Shown: positions 39,240 to 49,237 of the stretch, piece by piece
How positions within the stretch are numbered: the first letter of the stretch is position 1
Layout: each line of letters starts with the position of its first letter
NCBI GenBank assembly: GCA_018655525.1
Contig: JABIJM010000002.1
Coordinates: forward strand, 109,575-173,574
Source of the DNA: Candidatus Woesearchaeota archaeon
Lineage (GTDB): Archaea; Nanobdellota; Nanobdellia; Woesearchaeales; GW2011-AR9
Reading direction: 5' to 3'
Length of the DNA stretch: 64,000 bases
The notes under the pieces: generated by a model
Seen by the model: the letters and a program-made list of their open reading frames with translations, nothing else
Told to the model about the DNA's origin: nothing
The model's database searches: none
Translations under genes and position numbers: made by a program

Positions 39240-39305
39240 TTTTTCTTAAATTGCCTTCAAAAAGAGCAACTTTTATTAAGATAAAAAAAATACTACTAAT
39301 ATAAC

Positions 39306-39869
39306 ATGAATCAACCAACCGAAAAAATCATCAGAGAAGAGAACGCAATTGTCCTAGATTATCTGCCACATGGCTATTCTACAGATCAAGGAACGATGAA
39401 ACAGCCTATAGCACAAGGTCTTGGAGTTGGTCATTTAACATTATTAGAATTAATTCCTAAAAAAGAAGTTCATTTACAACCACATCAAGAGGTATACATT
39501 GGTGAAGGTAAAAGGGATGAAATTCATCACATTAAAGGTAAAATTGAACATGATAAACTTACAAGTACAGCTGAAAAAGAATTGAAACATGCAGTTGAAG
39601 CAGCTGTTGGTAAAGATGAATCACGATTTGTTGAATTCTTTAACAAAGCTGCACCGTTAAGTATGAGAATGCACCAGCTTGAATTACTTCCAGGATTAGG
39701 AAAGAAACACATGTGGGAAGTTATTAACGAACGTAAAGGTAAACCTTTCATAAGTTTTGAAGATTTGAAAGCACGTGTGAAATTATTACCAGATCCTAAA
39801 CAGATTGTTGTAAAAAGAATTATGTCTGAGATTCAAGGTAAAGAAAAGTATAACATTTTTGTTAAATAG
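39306..39869 (+). CDS. Conserved archaeal DUF655-family putative nucleic-acid-binding protein
   Basis: It takes the third position of the L21e-RpoF operon. It has an N-terminal OB/S1-like region and an HhH-like LLPGLGKKHMWEVI segment. Confidence 0.6.
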   Translation: MNQPTEKIIREENAIVLDYLPHGYSTDQGTMKQPIAQGLGVGHLTLLELIPKKEVHLQPHQEVYIGEGKRDEIHHIKGKIEHDKLTSTAEKELKHAVEAAVGKDESRFVEFFNKAAPLSMRMHQLELLPGLGKKHMWEVINERKGKPFISFEDLKARVKLLPDPKQIVVKRIMSEIQGKEKYNIFVK

Positions 39870-39870
39870 A

Positions 39871-40269
39871 TTACCACTGAAACTTCCATCGTGGATCTTT
39901 CTTTTTCTCTTTTACAATGGACTTCATTTTTTCATGTGATGCATGTTTCAAGAATTCTCCTGCAATTTGTTTCACACGTAATCCGTTGATATCAACATCA
40001 TTCTGGAAGAATTCATATCGTTGTATGATAGAATCTAAAATTTCTTCTTGTGCTTCTAGATTCACAGGAACAAGTTTCTTTGATGCAACTTTACGTTCCT
40101 TTTCAAGTTCTTCAAGTTTGTGTAAATCTTCTAATAATGCTTTTGGATCGTCTTGTGCATGTTCTAAGAATTCAATAATTGCTTGGATATCTTTAAGAGA
40201 ATCTACTTTTTTCTTTGGTGGTTTAGCACCAAATACTTTTTTCCATAGACTTCTTTCATACACCTTCAT
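39871..40269 (-). CDS. Hypothetical helical protein
   Basis: ORF. The start is taken at the internal Met (MKVYERSLW) to avoid an 87-nt overlap with the downstream plus-strand gene. Confidence 0.35.
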   Translation of the reverse strand: MKVYERSLWKKVFGAKPPKKKVDSLKDIQAIIEFLEHAQDDPKALLEDLHKLEELEKERKVASKKLVPVNLEAQEEILDSIIQRYEFFQNDVDINGLRVKQIAGEFLKHASHEKMKSIVKEKKKDPRWKFQW

Positions 40270-40344
40270 ATATGAAAAGAATAATTTGAGGTATTTAAAA
40301 CTTTTTAAGAAAGCTATATAAAACCCTAATTTTTTATTTGAAGC

Positions 40345-40737
40345 ATGAAAGGAAATTCCTGGAAGAAAAAGAAAACGTATGGTGAATACAAAGTTGCAAC
40401 TTGCCCTTTTTGTGAGCGTCAAGCAACGCAAAAGAATGAACAGGGTTTAGATGTCTGTCATCAACATACTGCTTCCAAGATGGAAGAAATCAAGTGTACA
40501 TGCGGGAAATGGTTAGAACAACTAGTAGGAAAGTTTGGTGCGTACTTCAACTGTATTGATTGTGGGAACATGAATTACAATAAAGCAATGGAAATGAAAG
40601 ATGTTACCATGAAAGATCAACCAAAACCATCATCTTCTCAGTTTCAGCCGGCTCCTGTTAAGAAACAGAGACAGATGGAGAAACGTGAACCTAAAGTTAC
40701 GTATATCACTTCTAATGATGTAGAATATTTTGATTGA
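40345..40737 (+). CDS. Zinc-ribbon protein
   Basis: Two CxxC pairs (CPFC...C..H and CTCGKW...CIDCGN), consistent with a treble-clef or zinc-ribbon fold. Confidence 0.4.
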   Translation: MKGNSWKKKKTYGEYKVATCPFCERQATQKNEQGLDVCHQHTASKMEEIKCTCGKWLEQLVGKFGAYFNCIDCGNMNYNKAMEMKDVTMKDQPKPSSSQFQPAPVKKQRQMEKREPKVTYITSNDVEYFD

Positions 40738-40839
40738 ATAACTTTTTTATTATTTTTTAGAGAAAATCTTATAAATCAGCAATATTTTTTAGTTAAAAGA
40801 GTTGATTCTGATGTGTTATGATTAGTGAGGGAATTATAA

Positions 40840-41178
40840 ATGAGTATTGATTCAATTACATTTGATGTATATAAATCCAAAAATGGAGAATTAAACAGAA
40901 GCGAATTTAAAGCTGTTCAGAGATATAATTGTACAGAAGATCAAATAGATGAAGCAATAGATTATATTATGGATGCTTATTTAGGCATTAATCTAAATAT
41001 TGTTGTCCCAGATGGTGATTATGAATTTGCTGCAAAGTTGCTTGGTGTATTGGGAGATAAAATACCCAAAGAAGTAGATGAAACAGGTCCACATAAAATG
41101 TGGCTATTAACTGAAGCATATTTACTTCAAGGAAAAGATACAACAACAATTCATAAAGCTATTTTAAAAAATATGTGA
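40840..41178 (+). CDS. Hypothetical protein
   Basis: ORF only. Confidence 0.35.
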   Translation: MSIDSITFDVYKSKNGELNRSEFKAVQRYNCTEDQIDEAIDYIMDAYLGINLNIVVPDGDYEFAAKLLGVLGDKIPKEVDETGPHKMWLLTEAYLLQGKDTTTIHKAILKNM

Positions 41179-41299
41179 GGTTATTGTTGTTTTAATTCAC
41201 TATTTCTTCAAAACTTAAGACCTTCATTTTTATATTTAACAAATTTCACTCTATTCTTTCGCAAGATTTAAAAACAAAACCTTCACAAATGAAAGTTCA

Positions 41300-41581
41300 A
41301 TGTTTAAAAATAAAAAAGGTAATATTGCGCTTATTGCAATCATTTTGGCATTAGTCATTTTAGGATATATGTTAACAACATTTGCATTAAGAGATTGTAA
41401 TAATAATACGGATTGTGCAGAAAATGCATATTGTGGTTCTGATTATGAATGTCATGCATATCCAGATGAAATTGTGTATAAACAAAATAACTTTGTACCT
41501 GCATCATTGATTCTTGGAATTTCGTTAATACTTGCAGCGTATTTATTTAGAACAAGTAAAATTCCTTTTAAAAAATATTAG
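41300..41581 (+). CDS. Small two-TM protein with Cys-rich extracytoplasmic loop
   Basis: An N-terminal TM helix, then the loop DCNNNTDCAENAYCGSDYECHAYPDE, then a C-terminal TM helix. Confidence 0.35.
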   Translation: MFKNKKGNIALIAIILALVILGYMLTTFALRDCNNNTDCAENAYCGSDYECHAYPDEIVYKQNNFVPASLILGISLILAAYLFRTSKIPFKKY

Positions 41582-41866
41582 AAAGAGAAGATTAATTAGG
41601 TACATTTATACCCAATTTCTTACAAATCTTCTTTTGGTTATCTGTTAATTTTTTGTAATGTTTCATAACAAATTCCTCAAATTCTCCGTCGACATCTCTT
41701 ATCATTATACACCACCTCCCACGCGCGAATCACTGTGATTCACAACAATTTATGGATTCATTAATCCTTTATAAAAGTTGTTGATTCACTTCCAGAAGTA
41801 AAAGAAAGTTGTCACCGAAACGGAAAACATAATTTGTTAAAAACATCTAAGCAGAAATCGTTTTTA

Positions 41867-43060
41867 TTAAAAATTGGTTAATTTTAATTGCGTTTTATTT
41901 TCTTTCAGAAGTTTACTTTCATCTAATAAAACATTTAGGTTAAATCCAAATTTATTTTTTACAAATTCTTTTGCGTAATCTAACATTAATTTCTCAGAAG
42001 CAAATCTAAGTGGCTTTGTGTTTGCAGATTTTCGCGCTGATTCCCTACATACCCATACACCTAATGGGACTTTATATTCATCTGTGATAAATCTAAGAGC
42101 AATACATCTATATTGTCGTTTATCTTTCTTCATTTTTTCTAGCACGGGTAATTGTGCTGCAAAATAGCCGCCTGCAGTTTCTTCAGGATATGTTTTTCGT
42201 CCACCATAGGATTCATGATCTGTAGAATAGGCATAGCCTTGCTTACTCCAAGGATTTACAGGATTTTTAAGATATGTTTCAAATAATTCATATCCCCAGA
42301 CTTCTGGATAATATAAAAGAAGATAATAATTCCCCCAATTTCCTCCAAAATGTAGTTGGAAATCTCCAACAGGATAATCTTTGACTTCTTTTGTAAGTTG
42401 TTTACAAATCGTAGAATCTGCAGCTGTGATACTCCATCGTGTTGGTACAAGTTTACGATTTTTTTTTATTCCTAAATTTCCTACAGAAATAAGTTTGCTT
42501 AAGACACCTTCCTCAAATCCTTTTTTGTAAAGTTTTAACATACCACCAGCTGCTTTAAGATCTGTATCAAACACAACTTTTTCAACTTTATGATCTACTT
42601 TTGTATTTGATGTTATACGAGCTCTCTGAACACCTGAAGCTGGACCCCAGGGTGTAACTTCAGATTCTCCTTTTAAGTTTAAAGAAGGTGCTTTTTTGAG
42701 CGTGACATCTAATTCTGCTGGACGTTTTGCCATTCCAACTTCTTGAATGATATTCAACATATTTCCACCAGAATGTAAATCCTTAACTTTCCATTTCTGT
42801 CTGCTATTTACAAGCCCATATCTCATATTTGCAATCTGATTCATTTTGAAGTTTCCTGAACTCCAAAGTTTCGGAGAATCATAGTAAGAAGTATCTCCAG
42901 AGAATTGTGGGGATAAGAATCCGATGTTTACGTGCGGATATCCAAACCTTCCTATGAATGGAGCTGGTGCAGATCCTTGGAATTGTTGTTTGAAATTCTT
43001 TTTAACTTTAAGTTTAGGAGTCTGTTCAATATCTTTGTATTTGATACGATGGATATTCAT
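41867..43060 (-). CDS. Conserved hypothetical protein (possibly archaeal Nre-like DUF650/DUF651 family)
   Basis: A 397-aa ORF. The family assignment is tentative and based on size and composition only. Confidence 0.35.
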   Translation of the reverse strand: MNIHRIKYKDIEQTPKLKVKKNFKQQFQGSAPAPFIGRFGYPHVNIGFLSPQFSGDTSYYDSPKLWSSGNFKMNQIANMRYGLVNSRQKWKVKDLHSGGNMLNIIQEVGMAKRPAELDVTLKKAPSLNLKGESEVTPWGPASGVQRARITSNTKVDHKVEKVVFDTDLKAAGGMLKLYKKGFEEGVLSKLISVGNLGIKKNRKLVPTRWSITAADSTICKQLTKEVKDYPVGDFQLHFGGNWGNYYLLLYYPEVWGYELFETYLKNPVNPWSKQGYAYSTDHESYGGRKTYPEETAGGYFAAQLPVLEKMKKDKRQYRCIALRFITDEYKVPLGVWVCRESARKSANTKPLRFASEKLMLDYAKEFVKNKFGFNLNVLLDESKLLKENKTQLKLTNF

Positions 43061-43143
43061 AGAATAAATTTGGTGTTAGAAGTTTATATAGATTGCGTGG
43101 ACTTGTCTAGTGTGGGGTGTGGGATATAATGATCAGAAATACT

Positions 43144-43896
43144 TTAATATTGAATAAGACTATCTTGATATGCTCTCGCTTCTTTAACAGCTGACATAAA
43201 CTCTCTTACTCTTCCTCTATCAACAGGATTAGATGTATTGTTTCCAACTTTCAAACAAGTTCCAACAATAGCACCATCAGTAATACATAATTGGTCATAT
43301 GCGTTTTCTGGAGTTAAACCTGCCCCAATAACAAGAGGATGCTCACCCGTTATTTCACGAAATCTTCTAATTTTATCAAATGGAGTTTCTTTTCCGGTTC
43401 CTGGGCCTGTTACTACAATTGCTTCTGCTCTTTCCGTTCCAAGCCTAACATCTGCTTCTAAATTAGATCCGTCAAGTGGACGATAATATTTTGGCCATAC
43501 GCCACCAAGAACCATTACATTTGGAAATCTTTCTTTTTGTGAAGCATATGCAGAAAAATTTATTTCACCAGAACGATATTTTCCAGAAACATGGTCTAAT
43601 TGAATAAAATCAGCGCCATATTGTGCAGCTAATTGAAATGCTTGATTAAATTCATTAGGTAAAACATTGATTCCAATAACAACATTTGTATCAAGTCTTG
43701 ATGTTGCTTGCAATGTTTGAATGACATCATCAACAGAACCATGATAATTTTCAACAATGGCACCGTCAATACCTTCTTCTTCAAATAAAGTTAATTCGTC
43801 TAATGCTCTCTTTACAGGTTCATTTCCTGCCAAATGAATCATTCCTAAAATTGGAATTTTTCCGAAAACATTTTTATATCTATTATTTAATTGCAT
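43144..43896 (-). CDS. BtpA/SgcQ-family TIM-barrel protein
   Basis: ILGMIHLAGN...GIDGAIVENYHG is characteristic of the BtpA family. The length is 250 aa. Confidence 0.7.
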   Translation of the reverse strand: MQLNNRYKNVFGKIPILGMIHLAGNEPVKRALDELTLFEEEGIDGAIVENYHGSVDDVIQTLQATSRLDTNVVIGINVLPNEFNQAFQLAAQYGADFIQLDHVSGKYRSGEINFSAYASQKERFPNVMVLGGVWPKYYRPLDGSNLEADVRLGTERAEAIVVTGPGTGKETPFDKIRRFREITGEHPLVIGAGLTPENAYDQLCITDGAIVGTCLKVGNNTSNPVDRGRVREFMSAVKEARAYQDSLIQY

Positions 43897-44017
43897 AATA
43901 TCTTTGAAGAGTAATGATTAATAAACTTAATGAAATTTAGGATATCAATCTAAAAATAAATAACTTTATACTTATTTCACACACACCTTTATAACTAACC
44001 TGTATATTTGAACCTAT

Positions 44018-45340
44018 ATGACAGATTTCAAAGATTTAAATTTAAAACCAGAACTAGAAAAAGCATTATCTAAATTACATTATGTAACTCCTACTCCAAT
44101 CCAATTACAAGCAATTCCAGGATTAATGAAAGGAAATGATTTAATTGGTATTGCGCAAACAGGTACTGGTAAGACAGCAGCATTCACACTTCCAATTCTT
44201 CATCAAATGAAAGAAGAATATCCAAGGAAAATTAAAACATTAGTAATTGCACCAACAAGAGAACTCGCAGCGCAAATCGGCGAAAGTTTTGCGAAGTATG
44301 GAGAATTTCTTAAGTTTAAACATACCACTATTTTTGGTGGTGTGAAACAAGGAAGACAAGTTGAAGCGTTAAAAAAAGGTGTTGACATTCTTGTTGCAAC
44401 ACCAGGTAGATTAATGGATTTATTAAATCAAGGTAAATTATCTTTGAAAGAAGTTGAGTTCTTTGTACTTGATGAAGCTGATAGAATGCTTGACATGGGC
44501 TTTATTCATGATATCAGAAAAGTCATTGCGAAATTACCACATAGAAGACAATCATTATTTTTTTCAGCAACAATGTCACCTCAGGTTAATACACTTGCAC
44601 GGAGCCTTCTAAGAGATCCTATTCACGTAGAGGTTACGCCACAAGCAACAACTGTTGAACGTATCACTCAAGAAGTTTATTTTGTTGATCAGAAGTCTAA
44701 AGATAAATTATTACTTGAACTTTTAGAAGAAGATCATCTTACAAGTATTTTAGTATTTACGAGAACGAAACATAAAGCCAATAAGGTTGCTGTTTTTCTA
44801 AATAAAAATAAAATTCCAGCAGAAGCAATCCATGGAAATAAATCACAAGGTGCAAGAACGAGAGCAATTAAAAATTTTAAAAGTGGAGAAGTTAAAGTTT
44901 TAGTAGCTACAGATATTGCAGCTAGAGGAATTGACATCGATAATATTTCACATGTAATTAATTATGAACTTCCTAATGAAGCAGAAAGTTATGTTCACAG
45001 AATTGGAAGAACCGCGCGAGCTGGAACTGATGGCGCTGCATTTTCATTTTGCTCAGCTGAGGAACGAGATTATCTTCGTAGCATTGTAAAGTTAATTAAG
45101 CAAGAGCTTGAAGTAATCAAACATAAATATCATTCTGAGAAGGCTGAATATGCTGTTGGTGAAGCAGCAAGACCTCCAAAGAAACAAAGGAGAGGACAGC
45201 GTAATAGAAGTTCTAAACCACGAAATAATAATGAGAATAAAGGTGGCAGTGGAAATGGAAGTAAAAGACCATTCACAAAAACCTATAAGGGCAAAAAGAA
45301 AAGAGGCGGGAATCAACGTCGTCAATCTACACGTAGGTAG
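44018..45340 (+). CDS. DEAD-box ATP-dependent RNA helicase with basic C-terminal tail
   Basis: Q-motif, AQTGTGKT (motif I), PTRELA, DEAD, SAT and HRIGRTAR motifs. The tail is Arg/Lys/Gly-rich. Confidence 0.85.
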   Translation: MTDFKDLNLKPELEKALSKLHYVTPTPIQLQAIPGLMKGNDLIGIAQTGTGKTAAFTLPILHQMKEEYPRKIKTLVIAPTRELAAQIGESFAKYGEFLKFKHTTIFGGVKQGRQVEALKKGVDILVATPGRLMDLLNQGKLSLKEVEFFVLDEADRMLDMGFIHDIRKVIAKLPHRRQSLFFSATMSPQVNTLARSLLRDPIHVEVTPQATTVERITQEVYFVDQKSKDKLLLELLEEDHLTSILVFTRTKHKANKVAVFLNKNKIPAEAIHGNKSQGARTRAIKNFKSGEVKVLVATDIAARGIDIDNISHVINYELPNEAESYVHRIGRTARAGTDGAAFSFCSAEERDYLRSIVKLIKQELEVIKHKYHSEKAEYAVGEAARPPKKQRRGQRNRSSKPRNNNENKGGSGNGSKRPFTKTYKGKKKRGGNQRRQSTRR

Positions 45341-45414
45341 AATTTAGTTTATTATTCTTGCATCCTATCCATAACTTAAAATTTATTAATTGTAAATATA
45401 AATGTAATGGAAAA

Positions 45415-46998
45415 TTACCTTCTTTTTACAGGTTTCCGTTTTCCGTAAGCACCGGGGCTTCGTTTAGAAAAACTTCCTTTATTAGAATCGCCTCTATGAG
45501 ATGGTTTTTTTGAGCGGTCACGGCTTGATCCTTCTTTACTTCCTGAATCTCTACGTCCAAAAGATCTTCCTGTATCTCGGGATCTTCCTCTGCCACGTGT
45601 GTCTCTGTCACTTAAACCACGATCATTAGATTTTCTACGGTTACCACGAAAACCTCCTCTACGATCGCCTCTATCGGAACCACCTGAAACTTTTTTCAGA
45701 GGTTGATATTTCTTTTCATCTAATACTCCTCTAAATGCTTCTTTTAATAATGCGCTTACGATTGCTTTTGGATCATGGTTTGCGATTAAATCTTCTGCAA
45801 AGCCTTCATATTTTTTAGATTTTCCAGCTTCAATTAATGAATGAACTTTTGTAATCATTTTTGCTTTACGTGCTTCAACAATTAATTCAGCTGAAGGAAT
45901 TTCTCTTTTTTCTATTACACGGTTTGTGATTCTTTCAACAAACTTCAATTTTCGTTTATCTGAAGGTGTTAATAATGTGATTGCAATACCTTTCTTACCA
46001 GCTCGTGCTGTTCTTCCGATTCTATGTGTATAAGATTCAGGACTTTGAGGCAATGAAAAGTTTACAACATGAGTTAAATCATTAACATCAATTCCTCGTG
46101 CTGCTACATCAGTTGCAACTAAAATTGTAATTTGTTTATTTCTTAATTGTAATAAGATTTTTTCACGTTGTGGTTGTGAAATGTCTCCATGAAGTGCTGC
46201 TGCTCTGTAATCTGAATGTACTAGTTGATGTGTAACAGAATCTACATCTGCTTTTGTATTACAAAAGATGATTCCATAGAAATCTTCATTCATATCAATA
46301 ACACGTCTTACTACTTGATATCTATCGCGTGCCATTACACTATAATAAAATTCTTCAATTTGAAGAGTTTCTTGTTTTCGTTCTAATTTTATATGAACAG
46401 GATCACGCATGAATTTCTTTGCAATACCAATAATAGCACGAGGCATGGTTGCAGAGAATAAGATCATTTTTTTTCCTTTAGGTGTATTGCTAAGAATGGT
46501 TTCAATATCTTCAATGAAACCCATATTCAACATTTCATCTGCTTCATCTAATACTGCAAATTTTACGTTACTAAGGTCTAATGCTCTTCGTTTGATTAAG
46601 TCAAGTGTTCTTCCTGGTGTTCCTACAATAACTTGAACACCTCGTTTGATTGCACTTAATTGTTCTCTGATTGAAGATCCACCATATACTGCAAGTGAAA
46701 ATACTTTTTTATCTCCTCGTAAGGATTCAAATTCCTTTGCAACTTGCATTGCTAATTCACGTGTAGGAGCTAAGATTATTGCTTGAACTTTTTTAGAAGT
46801 TGTGTCAACTTGTTCAATAATTGGAAGTGCAAATGATGCTGTTTTTCCTGAACCTGTTTGAGATTCACCAATCACATCTTTACCTTTTAATAATAAAGGA
46901 ATTGTTTTTTCTTGAATCTCTGTAGCAGTAGTATAACCTTTCTTTTCTAGTGCTTTTAGTATGGTACTTGATAAACCTAAATCTTTAAAATCTGTCAT
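45415..46998 (-). CDS. DEAD-box ATP-dependent RNA helicase (CshA/DeaD-like) with RG/RS-rich C-terminal tail
   Basis: ESQTGSGKT, PTRELA, DEAD, SAT and HRIGRTARAG motifs. The C-terminal ~90 aa is RGG/RD/RS-rich low complexity. Confidence 0.85.
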   Translation of the reverse strand: MTDFKDLGLSSTILKALEKKGYTTATEIQEKTIPLLLKGKDVIGESQTGSGKTASFALPIIEQVDTTSKKVQAIILAPTRELAMQVAKEFESLRGDKKVFSLAVYGGSSIREQLSAIKRGVQVIVGTPGRTLDLIKRRALDLSNVKFAVLDEADEMLNMGFIEDIETILSNTPKGKKMILFSATMPRAIIGIAKKFMRDPVHIKLERKQETLQIEEFYYSVMARDRYQVVRRVIDMNEDFYGIIFCNTKADVDSVTHQLVHSDYRAAALHGDISQPQREKILLQLRNKQITILVATDVAARGIDVNDLTHVVNFSLPQSPESYTHRIGRTARAGKKGIAITLLTPSDKRKLKFVERITNRVIEKREIPSAELIVEARKAKMITKVHSLIEAGKSKKYEGFAEDLIANHDPKAIVSALLKEAFRGVLDEKKYQPLKKVSGGSDRGDRRGGFRGNRRKSNDRGLSDRDTRGRGRSRDTGRSFGRRDSGSKEGSSRDRSKKPSHRGDSNKGSFSKRSPGAYGKRKPVKRR

Positions 46999-47102
46999 AA
47001 TATAGAATTTAGGAGGGGAGTTTATAAACCTTCTGATTATTTATGACTATTTGGTGGGAAAAGATAGAATGTTTTTTAAAGAAACAGTTTAAATAGCGTA
47101 TT

Positions 47103-47432
47103 ATGACAATTAACGCATATTTTACAATCCCTGGACAAGATGATTTTACAGTAAATCAACCATATATTAAATTATTTAAATCTCTTAATCTTGGAGATCA
47201 AATCAATGTTTTTGGAGAACCATATGTAGTAATAGGTTCTTCAGGAGGATTCTCAAAGAAATTTGGAAATTTTCTTGCACAATCTCTTTCTCCAAAAGAT
47301 GAATTTGTACTTACAAGAGAAAGTGATTGCTTGGTAAATTTCTATACAGCAAATGCTGAACAATCAAAATTAGGATCTGAAAGGTTAACCGGAAATAAAT
47401 ATGATTTAAGCGATTTTTGTTCCATTAACTAA
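47103..47432 (+). CDS. Hypothetical protein
   Basis: ORF only. Confidence 0.3.
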   Translation: MTINAYFTIPGQDDFTVNQPYIKLFKSLNLGDQINVFGEPYVVIGSSGGFSKKFGNFLAQSLSPKDEFVLTRESDCLVNFYTANAEQSKLGSERLTGNKYDLSDFCSIN

Positions 47433-47781
47433 AAACAGTTTTAAAATGATGCTGATACGTTCTTTGAGCTTTAACAATATTTGGTAAAAGATTAGAAAAT
47501 TCAGGATTGTCATTTGCTAATTTCTTTGCAACACTTAACGTAACAAGAGGTTCAGCTAAAACTACAGGCACTTTTCTTTCTGCATAATCCATTAATACTT
47601 CCATTAACCCATCATTTTGAGAGAGATTATTTTTAGACAAATATTTTGGGTCTCCGAGTAAATCAGCAGTGATCGCAGTAGTAAGTAAATTATCGGCATG
47701 AGTTGGTGTATCTCTAGGAATTTGAATAGTCCCAAGATCTGGATGTCCTCTTACATGATAATCTAATGTATTTTTGATCAT
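47425..47781 (-). CDS. Hypothetical protein
   Basis: ORF only. Confidence 0.3.
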   Translation of the reverse strand: MIKNTLDYHVRGHPDLGTIQIPRDTPTHADNLLTTAITADLLGDPKYLSKNNLSQNDGLMEVLMDYAERKVPVVLAEPLVTLSVAKKLANDNPEFSNLLPNIVKAQRTYQHHFKTVFS

Positions 47782-47823
47782 TATTTTAAATGAAAAAAAG
47801 AAGTTTCTTTATAAAGATGAGGT

Positions 47824-49161
47824 TCATTTTTTCATAAAGAACATATGTTCTCTGAAGAAATTCATTGTCTTTGGATATGAATTAATTTCATCTATTGTAG
47901 ACAGGTATTTTTTACGTAATTTCTTTGCGTCTTCGTTAGATAAACCTTCTTTTACAGAATATGATATTTTGGGTTCTAAAACAGTTCTTTTACTTTCTTC
48001 AATTGAAGTGATTCCAAATTTCTGAGAATTTTGATAAACATTTGTTCCTGGTTGTAAGCCAAAGATACTTGTTGAAATTAGATCTATATTTTTATTATTA
48101 GATTTTAAAAATTCAATTGTTTCAATGAAATCTTCTTCTGTTTCTCCAGGGAAGCCAAACATAATATAACAGACATTCTTTACACCAGCAGTAAAACTAT
48201 TCTTTAAAACAGATTCAACATCTTCAACGTTCGTTCCTTTCTTAATTGCATCCAATGTTTTCTGACATCCTGATTCTACACCCCACAATACGAATGTTAA
48301 TCCACAATCATACAACGTTTTCATTACTTCTTCAGTAAATTCTTTTGTTGGACGTAACTGACATCCCCATTTTGCGCCATTCTTTGAAAACATTTCTCCT
48401 AATGCAAGCAAACGTTTCACAGGAATCATGTCATCAATAAGAAAGAAATGTTTCATCTTAGATTTAACAACTGTATTTTGAATGTTTTCTAAAGGATATT
48501 CTTTATACGGAACATTTGCATAATGTGCACAGAACGTACATTGTTGATAATAACATGTTGTAGATGTTTTTAATGGTATTACAGTTTCTGGTGTGAAATA
48601 TTCTTCAAGGTTATAGATTGAAAAATCTAAGGGGAAGTCAAATACTAAATCCTTATGTTCCTTCTTTTCAATAAAATTCAGAAATTCCAATTCATTTTTG
48701 AAGTGATGATCTGCTAATGTCATTAATTTCTCACTAACAGCAGGACCACCTATAACTGTTGTAATATTTTTCAATGATTTCAATAATGCATGTGCATAGA
48801 ATGCTTGTGAAGAATAAACTACACTAAATGCTACAACATCTGGTTTTTCATCTTTAATTTGTTGTAATAATTCATCAAAGTATTCTGGGGATTCATTATG
48901 AACAACTTTCCAATTGTTTTTTGAATACACTTTCTTTGTTTCTTGATGATACTTGTTTGCAAAATCTTCATAATTATTCCAATTAGATGATTGAAAATAT
49001 TTTTTTCCGTGTGAAAACTTTAATGAATGAAATTTCACATTCAAATCTAGGACTTTAATCTCTTCTGTTGAATTATGTGTTAAGAAAGCATGTAGATTAG
49101 TCAATGAATATGGTGGGCTCACTGGAGTACAAAATGGAAGGTATACTAACAAGATTTTCAT
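47824..49161 (-). CDS. B12-binding domain radical SAM protein
   Basis: N-terminal Rossmann-like B12-binding-type segment (KILLVYLPFCTPVSPPYSL). The radical-SAM Cys triad is in TCYYQQCTFCAH, which is Cx4Cx2C spacing. The length is 445 aa. Confidence 0.6.
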   Translation of the reverse strand: MKILLVYLPFCTPVSPPYSLTNLHAFLTHNSTEEIKVLDLNVKFHSLKFSHGKKYFQSSNWNNYEDFANKYHQETKKVYSKNNWKVVHNESPEYFDELLQQIKDEKPDVVAFSVVYSSQAFYAHALLKSLKNITTVIGGPAVSEKLMTLADHHFKNELEFLNFIEKKEHKDLVFDFPLDFSIYNLEEYFTPETVIPLKTSTTCYYQQCTFCAHYANVPYKEYPLENIQNTVVKSKMKHFFLIDDMIPVKRLLALGEMFSKNGAKWGCQLRPTKEFTEEVMKTLYDCGLTFVLWGVESGCQKTLDAIKKGTNVEDVESVLKNSFTAGVKNVCYIMFGFPGETEEDFIETIEFLKSNNKNIDLISTSIFGLQPGTNVYQNSQKFGITSIEESKRTVLEPKISYSVKEGLSNEDAKKLRKKYLSTIDEINSYPKTMNFFREHMFFMKK

Positions 49162-49237
49162 AGAAGGTTATTTTGGATGTTTCTATTAAAATGTATAGGT
49201 TGAATTTGTAAAAGTAAGAAACGTTAGTTTTGATATT

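Noticed and set aside
39871-40431. Full-length 186-aa minus-strand ORF overlapping the zinc-ribbon gene by ~87 nt.
   Set aside because: The hydrophobic, low-complexity N-terminal 54 aa look like read-through of intergenic sequence. An internal Met (MKVYERSLW) gives a non-overlapping 133-aa product, and I annotated that instead.
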